DNA of 63,751 bases, counting the filler, from Octopus bimaculoides (taxonomy: Eukaryota): the NCBI RefSeq assembly GCF_001194135.2. It is 6 parts of 6 records of this genome, joined end to end, with 100 filler letters (N's around TTAATTAATTAA, not from the genome) between each part and the next. Parts side by side here need not be neighbours in the genome. Positions count along the whole stretch, not along the records: positions 1 to 27,983 come from NC_068988.1; 5 more parts are not named here. One strand, written 5' to 3'. The position numbers and the translations under genes were made by a program. The notes below the pieces were generated by a model that made no database searches, was not told the DNA's origin, and saw only the letters and a program-made list of their open reading frames with translations. Below are positions 1 through 14,409 of the stretch, in pieces; within the stretch, counting starts at the first letter, position 1, and each line of letters opens with the position of its first letter.

Positions 1-2967
1 TATATATATAGCTATATTATATTCACATGTGTGTGTGTCTACTGCTTAAATCTGTGTGCAAATGTACACACGTACACACACATGCAGACATATATATACT
101 CGATAACTTGAGTGTGACGCTTCTTTTGTTCCCTGATGGAAACATTGCTGATCTCCTCACCACCTGCCAAACCTAATTTTAGACCTGTGGAATTTGGGCT
201 ATTTACCAAGCTGCTTCCCTTCCTCCTGTTATCCCCTCCAACACCCACACAGTTTTGATTATTTCAAGTACAACAGAGAAGTCGAAACTAAACAACATTT
301 AATAATACTACACAGTGACAGGGGCAAAGTTGTCAGACTTAACTAAATAGCGGTTTACTGTTGCCATGGCTACAAAGGTTAGTCACAACGATACAGATCA
401 CTGCATAATTGGTGGTAACTAACGAGGAACAATGATGTAATATCAATGTTAAAGTAACTGTAATGGTATTAATGGCAGAATTGACAATAGTGGCAGAGTC
501 AATAACCGTCTCGAAACAAAAAGGAAAACTACAAGAGTACACCGAATCATTTGTCCTCTGGTTAATCTGGAAGTGTGCCCCCACCTCTCAGGACAGAGAC
601 AGATTGGGGTTGAAATGTCATCCAGGGACACAAACGTCTCTGAGTACGAACCTGGACGGTCACTTGAACAGGAACTGCCCAAACTCGAGCCCTCCAATTT
701 CACCACCACACCTACCACAGAGAAATCCCAAATATCACATATCACCCCTGAGGTATTAGCATAGTTTCAGTGTGTGTGTGTGTGTGCGTATACACACACA
801 CATATTACCGTTTTGTTATTAGGAAGTATCAGTGTATATGCTAACCATTTAACCTTGCGCCAGAAGAAGACGTTATAAAAGATAAGGAAGAAAAAATATT
901 GGGGTAAAAATATATTCGAAGTTTTTGATACCAGTTTCTAAGCTTGTCAAATGGAAGACAGAAGCCTGTGTGAAAGCACAAATGTAAGCATATATCCGCG
1001 CCTGGAAAGGGGCGAAATGTGTGTGTTTTAGGGTGTTATATTAATGTATATAGATTCATGCTAGCATGATAGCATATTGGCGTGGGTTTGTATATTCTTT
1101 GGGTATTTATGCGACGATGAACGTGTTTCAGTGTCTTCATGAACAAAAAATATATAGTAGTGACGTCTTTAGAATGGAGAGCAATTTTCAAGTTGTGATG
1201 AATGTTTATGCAGGTGTTTAACATAGTGCGCAACGTGTTTCCTTTTAATAATGAGTAGATGTCTTATGTGAAAATATGAAAACCAATGAAAAGAAGAACT
1301 ATATTTCTGTTGAGAGAAACATTCAAAGAAATTAGTTTAAAAGATTACATGATACTAGTTAAAGGATTGGAAAGTCTAATATAATGGTGAATGGAATGTA
1401 AAAAAAAACAGAAGATCCTACATAGCACAAAAAATAACTACTAAAAATCGGCGTGGAAGAATTGATGGAAGCGAACACGTTCAAGTCTAAAATCTACGCA
1501 AGGTGTATAAAACAAACTTCTTTTTTTTTTAAACACGGGAAGTGAAAAATAGTGTGGTGTAGACAAAATATCTTTTAAGGGTTGCGTGGGGAATAAATAA
1601 AAGGCGTTGAGGGAGAAGTGTCCAGCGGTTCAGTAAAGTTAGCAATGTCAGAATGTAAAGATTAAAGATGTCCTCCACAGCTGTCTACAAATGCAAGAGT
1701 GACAAAGTACGGAAGTATGCGCGTGTAAATAGGTGCACGTGCGTATGTTTTTGTGAGTGTGTGCACGGGTGAGTGTTTCTCTAAATATCAGCTTAAGTGG
1801 CACAAAATGGCAGCTCATGTATGAAAGCATCAGTGCATATTTGTTTTCTGGTGTGAGCATCGTGTGTGAAAGTGCGTGCGTCAGCAACGATTTTCTGAGT
1901 ATGGGTGTAAGTGTACCTGCGTGCCATTGTTGCATGGGTAAACGGGACAAGATTGTGGTTGGAGTGAAGTATTTTGTGGGCGTGCTGGCTAAATGCACCT
2001 GCGTCTGTATTAATATTTACGTGACAATTACCGATTGAAGATACAATTTTTTTAGCAAGAGATCATTTTACGCTGTCTAATACAAAACCATTTCTGGTTG
2101 ATCTTCCCTTAACAGATAAAGTAATTCTTAATAAAGGAATGCATATATGTATATTTTATCGTGTTAATCCGTAGAAGTTTCCAAACGATTGAAAAACTGC
2201 AAGATTCGTGCGTGGAACTTAAATATTTGATAAAGTTCAGGCACCAAGCTATTGAACTGTGTCATTTCTTATATTCTGTAGATTAAAGATGCATAGTATA
2301 TGTGTGTATGAGTATGGGAATGCGTTTGGGATGGTTAATTAAATTTTATGCTTGTGAGCGTATGTATATATACGAGGTGGGCCATTAGGTCTCATCTTTC
2401 CTTGATGAGCTGTCATTTTCTTAGATAAAATAGATTGTCTGTATTAACCTCATTAATTCTGACTCGGTCCCATGCCACGATACTGGGCCATACCGTGACG
2501 ATAGTTTGGGCATATCTCAAGGCAGTGACAGAGGTACTCAGAATAACAAAAACAACTCGCATTTACCTTTAGTCATTTAGGCCTCATGACTACTGCAAGC
2601 ACACAGAGTCCAAAGTTGATTTCTGAGATGTTATCCTAAATTTAAAATCGCGCTCTTATAAACCCTTCCGCAAACCAAATGAAAACCTCACATATGTATG
2701 TATGTATGTATGTATGTATTATGTATGTATGTATGTATTATGTATGTATGTATGTATGTATGTATGTATGTACATACGTATGTATTCATGTATGCCTTAG
2801 CTAACGTTGGCTCCAAAGTCAAAGTGTCTTACAACTCTTCAATTAAAATATGAAACCTAGAAATACACCAGGGAAAATAATATGCTTCTGCCTCCCTTAC
2901 TCGAAAGATATTATAAGTAACATAGACAACACATTTCTGGCATTATTAGATAAGATTTATAAGACAG

Positions 2968-3105
2968 AGAGTTGGCAGAAGTGTGGATTCACCGGAAAGA
3001 ATGCTTAGTGGAATTTCTTCCGACTATACATACTAAGTAGTTCAAATGCCACCTGTGTCGACTTTGCCTTTCATCATTTTAGTGTCGTTAAAATAGCTAG
3101 CTGTT
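2968..3105 (+). mobile_element. SINE family A copy
   Basis: Diagnostic agttcaaat..gtcgactttgcctttcatc block with a B-box-like GTTCAAAT. Confidence 0.7.
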
Positions 3106-6100
3106 TAACAGTGGAAAATATATAATTTACTAATAATGTGTCCAGTAACGAGCGTATTGGAACAACCCAAAAATTATTGGCCTTGCACCAAGAATTTGAA
3201 GCTGTTATTAGCATAGCATTGCCTGTAAACCATAAACACAAGAACGTTTCTTATATCTGCTACCTCAATATGATGGGCATTATCACTCACAAGAGCCCAT
3301 TCCGACTTGTAAGTGCTCCCCACTTGATCAGGCGTATTTTATAAAGTCAGGAAAAAGTAGAATACATGAAAAGAACCATAAATAGTAAAGTAGAAGCGTG
3401 GAGTAAAAAAAATGGTATCAGATTAAGGAAATAAGATTAAGGCATAAAGATTAAATACATATGTAACACTTCAACATAAACTTAGTCGTTTATGAAGCTG
3501 AAGATAAAGTGCTCGAAGATAACGTGTCGGAAAAGAAACGCTAATCTAAACGATGTTGTGCGAACCACTATTATTCTTTCCGATACATCAACATAGATAA
3601 AGGCACTAACTTGCGTAGCTAGGTATGAAAACTCCAGACAACCTGCATACCATATATTACCAAATGGAGAAACGTAGAGAAATTACCCTATATGTATATG
3701 GTTGAAAGTGACTGCATTATTTCTTGTTAAATCATATACTAGCGTATGGCGAACATAGAGTACGTGTATATTTATGTAATCACTTAAACACATATCAAAT
3801 ATACTTGGATATAGGCTATATTTATAGGGGGGAAATGTATAAAATGTGATCTCCAAGCATCACATTCTGCCTCTGATATAGAACTGGATGCTCTGGTGGC
3901 AATTGACTGAGTGAGCCTCAGCATTGGCATTTCCACATGAAAGTTCCAGCGTTCACCTTGAATGTATGTATGTAGGTATATCTATCTATCTATCTAAGCT
4001 GAAACTATAATAATAATTAATATATATATATATATATATATATANNNNNNNNNNNNNNNNNNNNNNNNNNNNNNNNNNNNNNNNNNNNNNNNNNNNNNNN
4101 NNNNNNNNNNNNNNNNNNNNNNNNNNNNNNNNNNNNNNNNNNNNNNNNNNNNNNNNNNNNNNNNNNNNNNNNNNNNNNNNNNNNNNNNNNNNNNNNNNNN
4201 NNNNNNNNNNNNNNNNNATATATATATATATACTGGTTGTTTCTCCTATATTTGACAGTACTTATAAAAGGAAAAGAAAACACTATCTCACAGTGAAAAA
4301 TTAAGTAGCTTTGAAAACTAAAAAAATGCTACATCAATTAAGGTTGCAGTCAGATTCCACCTAGGCCTCAAGACGAATTCAGAATCTGGCGCATGCTTTC
4401 CTTACCGTGATTTGGAAAGACCTTCGAAATCCTCCTTGAACATGGATACGAGCTCGGAATTCGTGTTGCAAGGAGAATACCAGGTATCTTTCTCAACCGA
4501 ACTCTGTGTGTAGTAATCCATAGGATTACAATCCGGGAAATTAGGAGAACAAACTGGAGCAGCTGATGTAGTACAAATTCAATTCTCTGACAAAAATGTC
4601 TGACTCTTTACGGAGGTATGGCAAGCCGGATCTTACTACCCCACATATGGCGGTCTGTCAGCAATCCTTCCCAATCGGGAATGACCATTATCTCCAGCAG
4701 TTTCACATGGCCGACTTAACTGAGTCAAAGGCCCTGTTGTAAGATATAGGATTAAGACGAAACGTGCAGACGCATTCAGGACGCCTGCTGTATTCTTTTC
4801 TGTTGGTCAGGGTTTCGTAGGCTCCGTTGCGCATCTCAGAGCTATGTGTCTCGTCTTACAGCCCTTATGATGTTTACAGAGAATTGTACAGCAGTCATGA
4901 TGCCGAAATTTAGAGTTCATCGTGTATGATCATTATGAAGATAGCTCTTTTCGAACATTCAGATGCCATCCAGATCGCCATGGCAGCTTTTTCATAACTA
5001 CAACTTTAACGTTTATTGCTCTTCAATGCCGTTGAGTGTTCACCAATATATCAAGCTGTTCCGTAAAATGGAGACATAAAATATTCTCAACTTTGTATAG
5101 AGTAAAATGTGTGGGTGGTAGACAGGGTAAATTTGGGGGAGATGAGATTTGCTGTACAGGCAGATTTTCTGTGTTAAGCGTAGAATACATCTCTTGTTGA
5201 TCCATAGATTAAGGCTATTTATTTCATCGAAACCTCAAAAGACCAATGCAGTTTCGAAAATAACATCCACACCATATCGTTGAACTTATTAAATTCCGAT
5301 ACATCTTACATATCTTTCTGTAGAAGCTATCACGTATATAGCTTATTCAAGTATTTTAGTGTGCTCATCATAGATTTGGCTCTAACTATGGCTTTATCAC
5401 TGACGAATAGATGAAAATAAAATATATGTTATTAAGTATATCATTAATGCAGCGAGCTCGCAGAATCCCAGCATTTTTTCTGCGTTCTGAATTCATCCTT
5501 GTGGGTGTCGAGGAAATAGAATACAAGTTGAATATTGTGGTCGATGTAATTGACTAGTTATCTTCTTAAAAATGTCGAATCTTCTGCCTATAACAGAAAG
5601 GATTATTAACTATAACATATACTTTAATAAATTTCGAAGTATGCAACACATAAGCAAAACGTGGAAAAATCATAAATGTCCTACATATTTATATTGATAT
5701 TTTTGGTTGACTCTCATCTATTATATATTGTATTGATATTATTCGTAATGAACTAATTGTTTACATTCGCGATATATCTAAAGTTATCTGTTGCTCTATG
5801 TTTTCCAAGTTAAATTTCAGTATAACTGTTTTAATCATTTCTGAAACCCGAAGAGTTGTTCTGTGTTTTATCAATACAAATCATGCTCTAATACAGTATA
5901 ATCGAATTATCAATGTGCAACTCTTTCTATCTAATCAATTTATATAATAGCTACTACTACATGTTAGAGAATCCTATTTTCTATATTTGTATATTTCTAA
6001 GTTTGTTGCAGCTTGATATGCATAATAATTATCAATAAATCAGTACAGGCTGTCATATATTGTACATAAAATCTTGTAAACATAAATGGAGTATTAATCG

Positions 6101-7594
6101 CTTTATATGCTGAGGTTTAAATTGGTTTACATTTAAGATATTTAAAAAAATTATTTCAGTTGTATGGGAATGTTGTTATTTATAATTTTGCTTAATCTTC
6201 TCTGTACAGTTTCTCATTGGTTAGTTACATTGAGAAATATTTCTCAATGTAACAAGTATTTTTTTATTAATCTGATCTTTATTCATGTCTTTATAATATC
6301 CTTTCTTATCATTCTCTTTCCAATTATCCATGCAGAATTTAAAAATTAAAATTTAATCTACTCGACTTCTTTTGCTTTATACTCAAAACTACTCTTAGAG
6401 AATTTTGTCTTGTTTATTTTAATGGTATTAGTACACACGCACTTACACATACACATGCAAGCCAAACACAAGCACACACACACACGCACATATATATGTA
6501 TATNNNNNNNNNNNNNNNNNNNNNNNNNNNNNNNNNTTTATATATATATATATATATCATATTTTATTCATAAACTTTATATGAAGAAATTCTATTTCTA
6601 CACACATCACAAATGTTTTTCGCTTGTTTACCATTATTCTATAGCAAAGCTAGAACAAAATAAATTGCTTATTAAATATAGGTATCAGAAATAAATTCTG
6701 TTTTAGCATGCATGTAACATACATTTGATTCAAATCTAATATTTACCTACAGTATTGACCTTTATATTTTGAAAAGTCTTCGCTTTTGTTGTTTAGTTAC
6801 ACGTCTATATTCAAAACGTTCGTCTCCAACTGTTCAATGATATTCATGAAATTAAATTCTTATTCTTCTTGTAAATATATCTGACTTTAATACCAAATTC
6901 ATTCTTAAATTGCTGCGTTCCGCTTTTAGCAAACATCTTGTCCATGATAATATATAGATTTAGACTTGAGCATTTAAAAATATATTATATATTTTAAAAT
7001 AGCCCCTCCAGTACAATAATTTCATAACTGGGATGGAACTCACACATATCACTTACATTTAAAAAAATAATAAATGCTACATCTGTATATGCTTATTAAG
7101 TACAAATACATACATAAGTAGACAATCGCACACACAGTTACATACGTATGCACAGACACACGCGCGCACTCACGTCCGTATGCAGATGTACACATACACA
7201 CACACACACACATACACACATATGTAAGTGTCTCACATTGATTAACACCGTCCCGTCAGCTAGAAGTACAGTGGATACTTTACCATTATACTTAGTAGTG
7301 TTACTAGTTTATTTATACGAAGCATATGGAGTTTTTATCCTAATTTTCCAAAATTCATATCTATATAAAAACACGTGTTAAGAACTTTACTTCCCAACGA
7401 CGTAATTTCGTGTCTTGTCCCACTGCGTGGCCCCTTGGGCAGGTGTATTCTACTATAGCCTATGGGCGATCAAATCCTAGTGAGTTGAAATTAAAAGAAG
7501 CTCATCGTATATATGGCTATATAGAAATATGTGTGTGCGTGTGTGTGTGTGTTTGTTTGATTATTGTTTGTGCTCATCTGTGTGTGTGTGTGTC

Positions 7595-7800
7595 TTTTGT
7601 GTCTCTGTTCGCCACCCTCACTGCTTGACAACAGTTGTTGGGTATTTATGACATGTAACGTAGCGGTTCGGCAAATAGAATAATGTAAGCAGCTGGCTTA
7701 ACAAAGAAATAAGTAGTGGGTTAGATTTATTTGTCTATAAATTCTTCAAGGCTGTGCCCCAGCATGACCACGTTCTAATGGACAAGCAAATAATAAAGGA
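7595..7800 (+). mobile_element. SINE family B copy (diverged)
   Basis: gcttgacaac..gtaacgtagcggttcggcaaa..ccagcatgacc. Confidence 0.65.
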
Positions 7801-7817
7801 TAAATATTTTTTTTATA

Positions 7818-8013
7818 TAGGTGAGGGTGCTGAGAGGTTTCTGACTTTCGGTTAAAACAAATTACAGGACGATCATTTAAATATGATTTTACACAGCATA
7901 TTCCGCATTTTTTTTTTTAAGTCCTGTAAAACAACTCGGAAGTTTGGTTCTCCAAGCAGGCCTGTTTCGCAACATTTAATGCCAGGAAGCTTTCCTTACA
8001 GCACCGCCTCGTA
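7818..8013. mobile_element. Tc1/mariner-type MITE (decayed)
   Basis: TA-flanked imperfect TIRs GGTGAGGGTGCTGAGAGGTTTCTGAC and GCCAGGAAGCTTTCC..CAGCACCGCCTCG. Confidence 0.65.
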
Positions 8014-8650
8014 TATATATATATATATATATATATATATNNNNNNNNNNNNNNNNNNNNNNNNNNNNNNNNNNNNNNNNNNNNNNNNNNNNNNNNNNNN
8101 NNNNNNNNNNNNNNNNNNNNNNNNNNNNNNNNNNNNNNNNNNNNNNNNNNNNNNNNNNNNNNNNNNNNNNNNNNNNNNNNNNNNNNNNNNNNNNNNNNNN
8201 NNNNNNNNNNNNNNNNNNNNNNNNNNNNNNNNNNNNNNNNNNNNNNNNNNNNNNNNNNNNNNNNNNNNNNNNNNNNNNNNNNNNNNNNNNNNNNNNNNNN
8301 NNNNNNNNNNNNNNNNNNNNNNNNNNNNNNNNNNNNNNNNNNNNNNNNNNNNNNNNNNNNNNNNNNNNNNNNNNNNNNNNNNNNNNNNNNNNNNNNNNNN
8401 NNNNNNNNNNNNNNNNNNNNNNNNNNNNNNNNNNNNNNNNNNNNNNNNNNNNNNNNNNNNNNNNNNNNNNNNNNNNNNNNNNNNNNNNNNNNNNNNNNNN
8501 NNNNNNNNNNNNNNNNNNNNNNNNNNNNNNNNNNNNNNNNNNNNNNNNNNNNNNNNNNNNNNNNNNNNNNNNNNNNNNNNNNNNNNNNNNNNNNNNNNNN
8601 NNNNNNNNNNNNNNNNNNNNNNNNNNNNNNNNNNNNNNNNNNNNNNNNNN

Positions 8651-8695
<45 letters not shown>

Positions 8696-10040
8696 GTATA
8701 TACGTGTGTGTGTGTGTGTGCGTGTGTGTGTGTATGTAAATATCTACATACATATATGCATCGCTTTTCACTGGTATTATGTAACCCAACACAACCTTGT
8801 CTACACCTGAAATGTGGCACACTGTGCAGAAGATCAGGTGAACAAAATCATATCGTGAGCTAGTATGTTCTGTCCAGCATAAGCAAATTCCAATTTAAGC
8901 AACGCATGGTGCATGACATTTAGTGACAATATGAGGACCCAGCAAATACTATAGTGATAACGTGGTAACGAAAGGAAAGGTGGAGAAACTCACTGAAGGT
9001 TATATGAACAATTTCACTGTCTGTGTAGTCATCATAACTACAAAGCAACCCAGGTAGGATGGTACTGTTTTTCAGTGTATGGGGAGAGATCAAGGGGAGG
9101 AGCTATGAAAATTGCTTGCTCACACAAATTCTGCCATTATACTGTGAAAGACTTGACTTACAAATATTAAATCGAAAAAATAAGGAGCAACAAAGGTGAA
9201 AGGGGAGTGAAACACACACGATATAGCACCTTCGAAAGTACGCCCACTGCAGGACCACTTAAAGCATCCTGACGCAAAACAGCTTTATATCTCTGTTTCT
9301 GAGAAGTAAAAAATTTAGTACTGCTGGTCTTTCGGAGACAAGGTTACTAGATTTTAGTTAGCTGAATGAAGCAGTTAAAGGTACATTTTCTTCAAGTTTC
9401 TTAAATCTGGTGTGGATATCGCTGTTATTAATTAGAATCCTTACCAAATGGAATTTATGACCATTTTATGTTATTTCGAATCCCAATTCGCTTATAATAT
9501 AATGCTCCACTAGTAAGAGCGTACAAACGAACATTTGGTTATACTGTTACAGCTAAAGATAAACTTCTATTCCGCTTTACAAATATTTTTGAACCGAATT
9601 CCTAATAAAGATAACATGTTTATTTTTCAAGCTTTAATGTCTGTGATGGATCAAATTGCTTAATTTGGGCAAATATTTTTGTTAAGCATGGTCTTGACAA
9701 AATTAACTTAAATGGACTCCTTCTACAATTTTGGTGTAGTGAGTTTGAAGTTTTTCTCACCAATCCATTTTCACAACAGTCACAAAAATACACAAAGTAA
9801 CTTGGTATCATTGAAAGCCTGTCCATTGACACGTGATATACTATTTGATTTTCCGAATCCAAAACAGAAATGATGTTAAGATCAAAAGCAATTTACATAA
9901 AGCAAGATGCTTCTTTAACCATCCTATTATTTTTAGTGAAATAAAATTTAAAAAGCTGAGACCAAAGCCAGACATAAAGCAAATAAAAAATGAAAATCAT
10001 ACGGCCTTGATATTTCAAACCAGAAATTAGATAACGCTGA

Positions 10041-10075
10041 TGACGTAATGTAGGCCGGCCACCTTTAATATATAG
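10041..10075 (+). promoter_or_regulatory. Candidate Pol II promoter: CRE/ATF-like site plus TATA box
   Basis: TGACGTAA at 10041-10048 and TATATAG at 10069-10075. CCAGT (initiator-like) lies about 35 nt downstream. Local CpG enrichment. Confidence 0.4.
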
Positions 10076-10099
10076 GGACGAAGTCAAATTTAATGTGAA

Positions 10100-10325
10100 T
10101 TGCCAGTGTATTAGGAAACAAAACAGAGAAACGTGCGAGAAACTGTGCAGAATGTAACAGAGAGTGAGTTTTCTAGATTCAAAATTTCGAAGCACAAATG
10201 ATGCTTCAGCACGAGTAGTTACGGGAAAACTGGAAAAGAAACCAACAGAACAACCATCATTGTCTATTGTCCGAAACCGTCATTGTCCATTTTGCGATTC
10301 CTCAATCAACTCGGCAGCTGGTTTG
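10100..10325 (+). other. Candidate first (probably non-coding) exon
   Basis: Unique sequence downstream of the TATA box, ending at a consensus-like donor TTG|GTGAGT (10326-10331). Confidence 0.35.
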
Positions 10326-13251
10326 GTGAGTCTTGCTCGTAGTATCCGTGTTACTTTTGGTGACCTGATAATGCACATGAGGAGTTGCTGGCACAGAAGA
10401 ATGATTGTGGACAATGGAGCGTAATAGTAATAGTAATGTGAGTGCGTCGTTAATTGTTTACTGGGATGAAGTATTGCCGCCTTGCCGCTGAACACTCATA
10501 CGTCATCTTCGAAGGTAGAGACTGCTATATGTGTGTGTGTGTGTCTGTGTGTGTGTCTGTGTGTGTGTGTGTGTGTGCGTGCGCGCGTGTGTGCATATTT
10601 ATTTGTGAAAAGACGTGTTTGTGTGCGTGTGTGTATATATGTATGTGAAAGGGATCGGTGTGAATGTAAATACACACGCACATATTTACATATATACGCA
10701 TGTAAGTTACATTTTATATCTGTGTTTCAACATATTTGAATAAAATTCTCTTCATAATTGTATTTGAAAATAAATTATATATTTAAAATTTATTTATTCA
10801 TGAGAACCTGCGGAAGAATAAGTAACATCACATAAATACTGTGCTAAAAAGTTACCAGAAATCTAGAAAATAAGAGGAAAACATTGATGCATACAGAGAA
10901 TATCAGAAATCGCAAATAATTTCAAAGCAGTCCACTCGCGCTATTCATCATATTCTTCGATTAATTGCAATTTTATGTATTTCCATTATTTATTTAAAAG
11001 TACAGTGATTATTCGGAATACTTTTGAAGCAATCTATGTCGCCAATCTTACAATTCATTCTCAATGAACAAACACACGCGCACGCTCATACACACACACA
11101 TATACATGTATATATATNNNNNNNNNNNNNNNNNNNNNNNNNNNNNNNNNNNNNNNNNNNNNNNNNNNNNNNNNNNNNNNNNNNNNNNNNNNNNNNNNNN
11201 NNNNNNNNNNNNNNNNNNNNNNNNNNNNNNNNNNNNNNNNNNNNNNNNNNNNNNNNNNNNNNTATATACGTATGTATATATATATATATGCCCGCGTGTA
11301 CTATTTTGGAGTTCATAGATAGGAGAGTTAGTCACATCTAAATGCAAGTTATTCAATAGATAGCATTTAATTGGTATACTTATTCCTGAAAAGACTGATT
11401 CGATATTATTCATCTCGTTTTACAATTTCAGATTTGAGTTGTAGATCACACATATTCTAAAGGGAAATGGATTTATCTCGTAAAGGTATAGAAGTGAGAA
11501 TATTTATTAATCGGAAAGGAAATCGATGCGAGAATTCATCATTTAATACCTCTTCTCGTAACCGAGACATTCCACAACATAGTGTTTAAAGCAATCGTGT
11601 GAAATGTACAACTGTTTTCTTTAAAATTATCTCCCTTCGCAGCTGTTAAGAGTTGTCTCTTGGATATGGTTTTCTTCCCTCGCGGTTAGGGAAATGTCAA
11701 GCATTTTCTCATCATTTCTTGTCTTGCATAGAAACTTCTAAAAATGTATTGAAATGTTCTTGCAATACTTATTTGCCGTCCTGAATATCTCAACCTTATG
11801 CACCAGTTCACCAATTGCATGCCCGTCTCTGAACGGGCATGCTACTAAAGGCATCCATCCCAAAACCACATTCCATTGTGAAGGATAACAAGATCTGATG
11901 TCACTAAAGGAAGAATAAGATTATTTCCTTCGATTTAGTGTTATGTGAATACATGTAGGTAATTACAGACACGTATAGGTGTGTGCTTCTGTGTAGCGTG
12001 CGTGCATGCGTGTATGTAGTATAGAATTGGTCAGTACTGAAAGCAATGCCATCTTAATTCCTTATGGAGAAATAAACTGGAGAAAGACTTATGTGTGCGA
12101 GTGTGTCTAAGAGTAGTGACGCTTTTATAAAATTCGATAGTAAATGCTGAAGTCGTAAACTCTGCGGAGATCCCACCGTTTACTTGAAAGAAAATGAATC
12201 TGTAATTCATAGTATGATACAATACAAAACAGTACTGGGCTATACAAAAATGCTTGGAAAAGATGTAGTATCTTTCCGTGATGCGAATCGTTTTTGTTGT
12301 CCTTATTTTTTCAATCGTAAGCGTAAAGAATGACCATTAGGTGATACTAAATGTTTAATTTCTACATATTTATCCCGTTAATTTCATAACTCTCCAGTAT
12401 TTATTTCTAATTATTTCTCATACTCCCCTTTTTCTCCCTCCCTCCATCTCTCTCTCTCTCTCTCTCTCGTTCCCTCTCCACATTTCTCTTTCTGATGTCA
12501 GCCACCTTTATTTTCAATGCTTCTAACTGGTAATATTCTTTGCTCAATTGCCTTAAAACATTTCATTCGAGTGCATAAACACCGCAGTGTTCACTTGCAT
12601 CCATTAATCGACAACATAACAGCCCAACACCTAATGGAAGTTCATTATTAACACAAATTTTGTCTAATGAATATATGTGCGTATGTGCGTATGTGCGTGT
12701 GTCCCTGTTTGTCCAAATGTGTATGCAATATAGGTACACAAAGAAAGATCTCAATACAAGTACATACACAGATATAAACACATTAAATATATATAAATGT
12801 GCGTGCGTGCGTGCGTCTGTGTGTGTGTGTGTATCCATCGGTATGTGGTTGTGTGCTTGTGTGGGGTGTATATATGTCAGTATGCAATTGCAGCTAGAAT
12901 TAGATAAATAGAAGAGTAAGCGAGAGGTTTGTGTGTTTTAAAGTATGAACCTAATTTTAGATTTATACCATAATTTGATATAAATTTGTAAAGAAGAGCT
13001 ACACGTAATTGAAAATACGTCGTACATTGATTTCTGTAATGCATTTAGTTTCGGAAAACGTGATTCCACCTCTTTTCTTTCGCGCAACCATGTAGGTAGA
13101 TGCTGCTAATGAATACCATAATTGCGACTTACGCATCTACGACAAACCAATCGTCAAATAGGTTCCGCAAACGTTTCTGTAGTCGATTTAACACACATAC
13201 ATTCATTCTTATTCATAATAGTGTATGTATCTATGTGTGTGTGTTTCTATA

Positions 13252-13253
13252 TT

Positions 13254-13292
<39 letters not shown>

Positions 13293-13305
13293 ATCTATCT
13301 ATCTT

Positions 13306-13375
<70 letters not shown>

Positions 13376-13380
13376 ATCTA

Positions 13381-13475
<95 letters not shown>

Positions 13476-13565
13476 GTCAGTCTGCCTTTCTGTCTATCTA
13501 TCTATCTATCTATCAATCAATCAATCAATCAATCTACATATTTATCTATATACCTATCTGTCTGT
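13252..13565. repeat. Compound (CTAT)n/(TA)n/(TCAA)n microsatellite
   Basis: Seen directly. It explains the YLSI/IYIY ORFs. Confidence 0.97.
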
Positions 13566-14366
13566 CTATTGTTGTATTTATCTAGCTATCTTGCTATCCA
13601 TTGTATATACATACATATGGAGAATAGTGCTGTATATATCTCCATGTATCTATGAAACTGTGTTGGGTGTGTGTGCTTGTGTTCGGTGTCACTTTTCAAC
13701 TCCAAATTGCTCGGCCACTCTACTTTCTCATATGATATATACCTAACGAATTTAAAAGCGCAAAATAGACTTGGTATTGATTTTATTGTTTTATTTAACT
13801 AAAATTGCAGCAACGTCTTGTTAGCACTTCCACAATGCTCGACAATGTTTTTTGTTTCAAAAGACCTTCCTTAATCACTGCTTACCATTTGTAATTTGCA
13901 GTACGTGAATTGACTTGCTGCAAATTCAACAGACATGATTGTATGTAACCTGTGTTATAAGCTTCCCAAATGCAAGTAAATATTTACTTCTTTCATACAG
14001 AATGCTTTCGTATTATGATTTGACTATAATTGGAATTTGAATCGTAAATATTTCTACAAGCAAATGTAAGTCGGTATATAAAATTATTATTCGAAATTTG
14101 GCAGAATCAGGAGAGGGCCACTTATACTGTAGTTACATATTACTTCTTAAATCAAACAATTTACACCTTGTGCTTTTCATCTTCCACAAGTTGAAAACAA
14201 ACTTCTGCCCAGTGAATAGTCCGTTTACTCGACAGTTTCTCGATAGAGATGATCAGTAGTTCATAAATATCTGCAATCAATAAAAGACTTCCACACAAAC
14301 TTCCTGTTGTGACAGACACACACACACACACACACATGTGTCTTTCTCTATTTGTCACTGCCTGTA

Positions 14367-14409
<43 letters not shown>

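Noticed and set aside
3130-3570. Possible LINE remnant
   Set aside because: No diagnostic motif could be translated.
10037-10085. CTGATGA...GACGAAGTC as a hammerhead
   Set aside because: GAAG instead of GAAA and no stem I or III. The promoter reading fits better.
14161-14310. Minus-strand exon candidate IYELLIISIEKL...
   Set aside because: Weak donor (GTGTAA), ambiguous acceptor and no homology.
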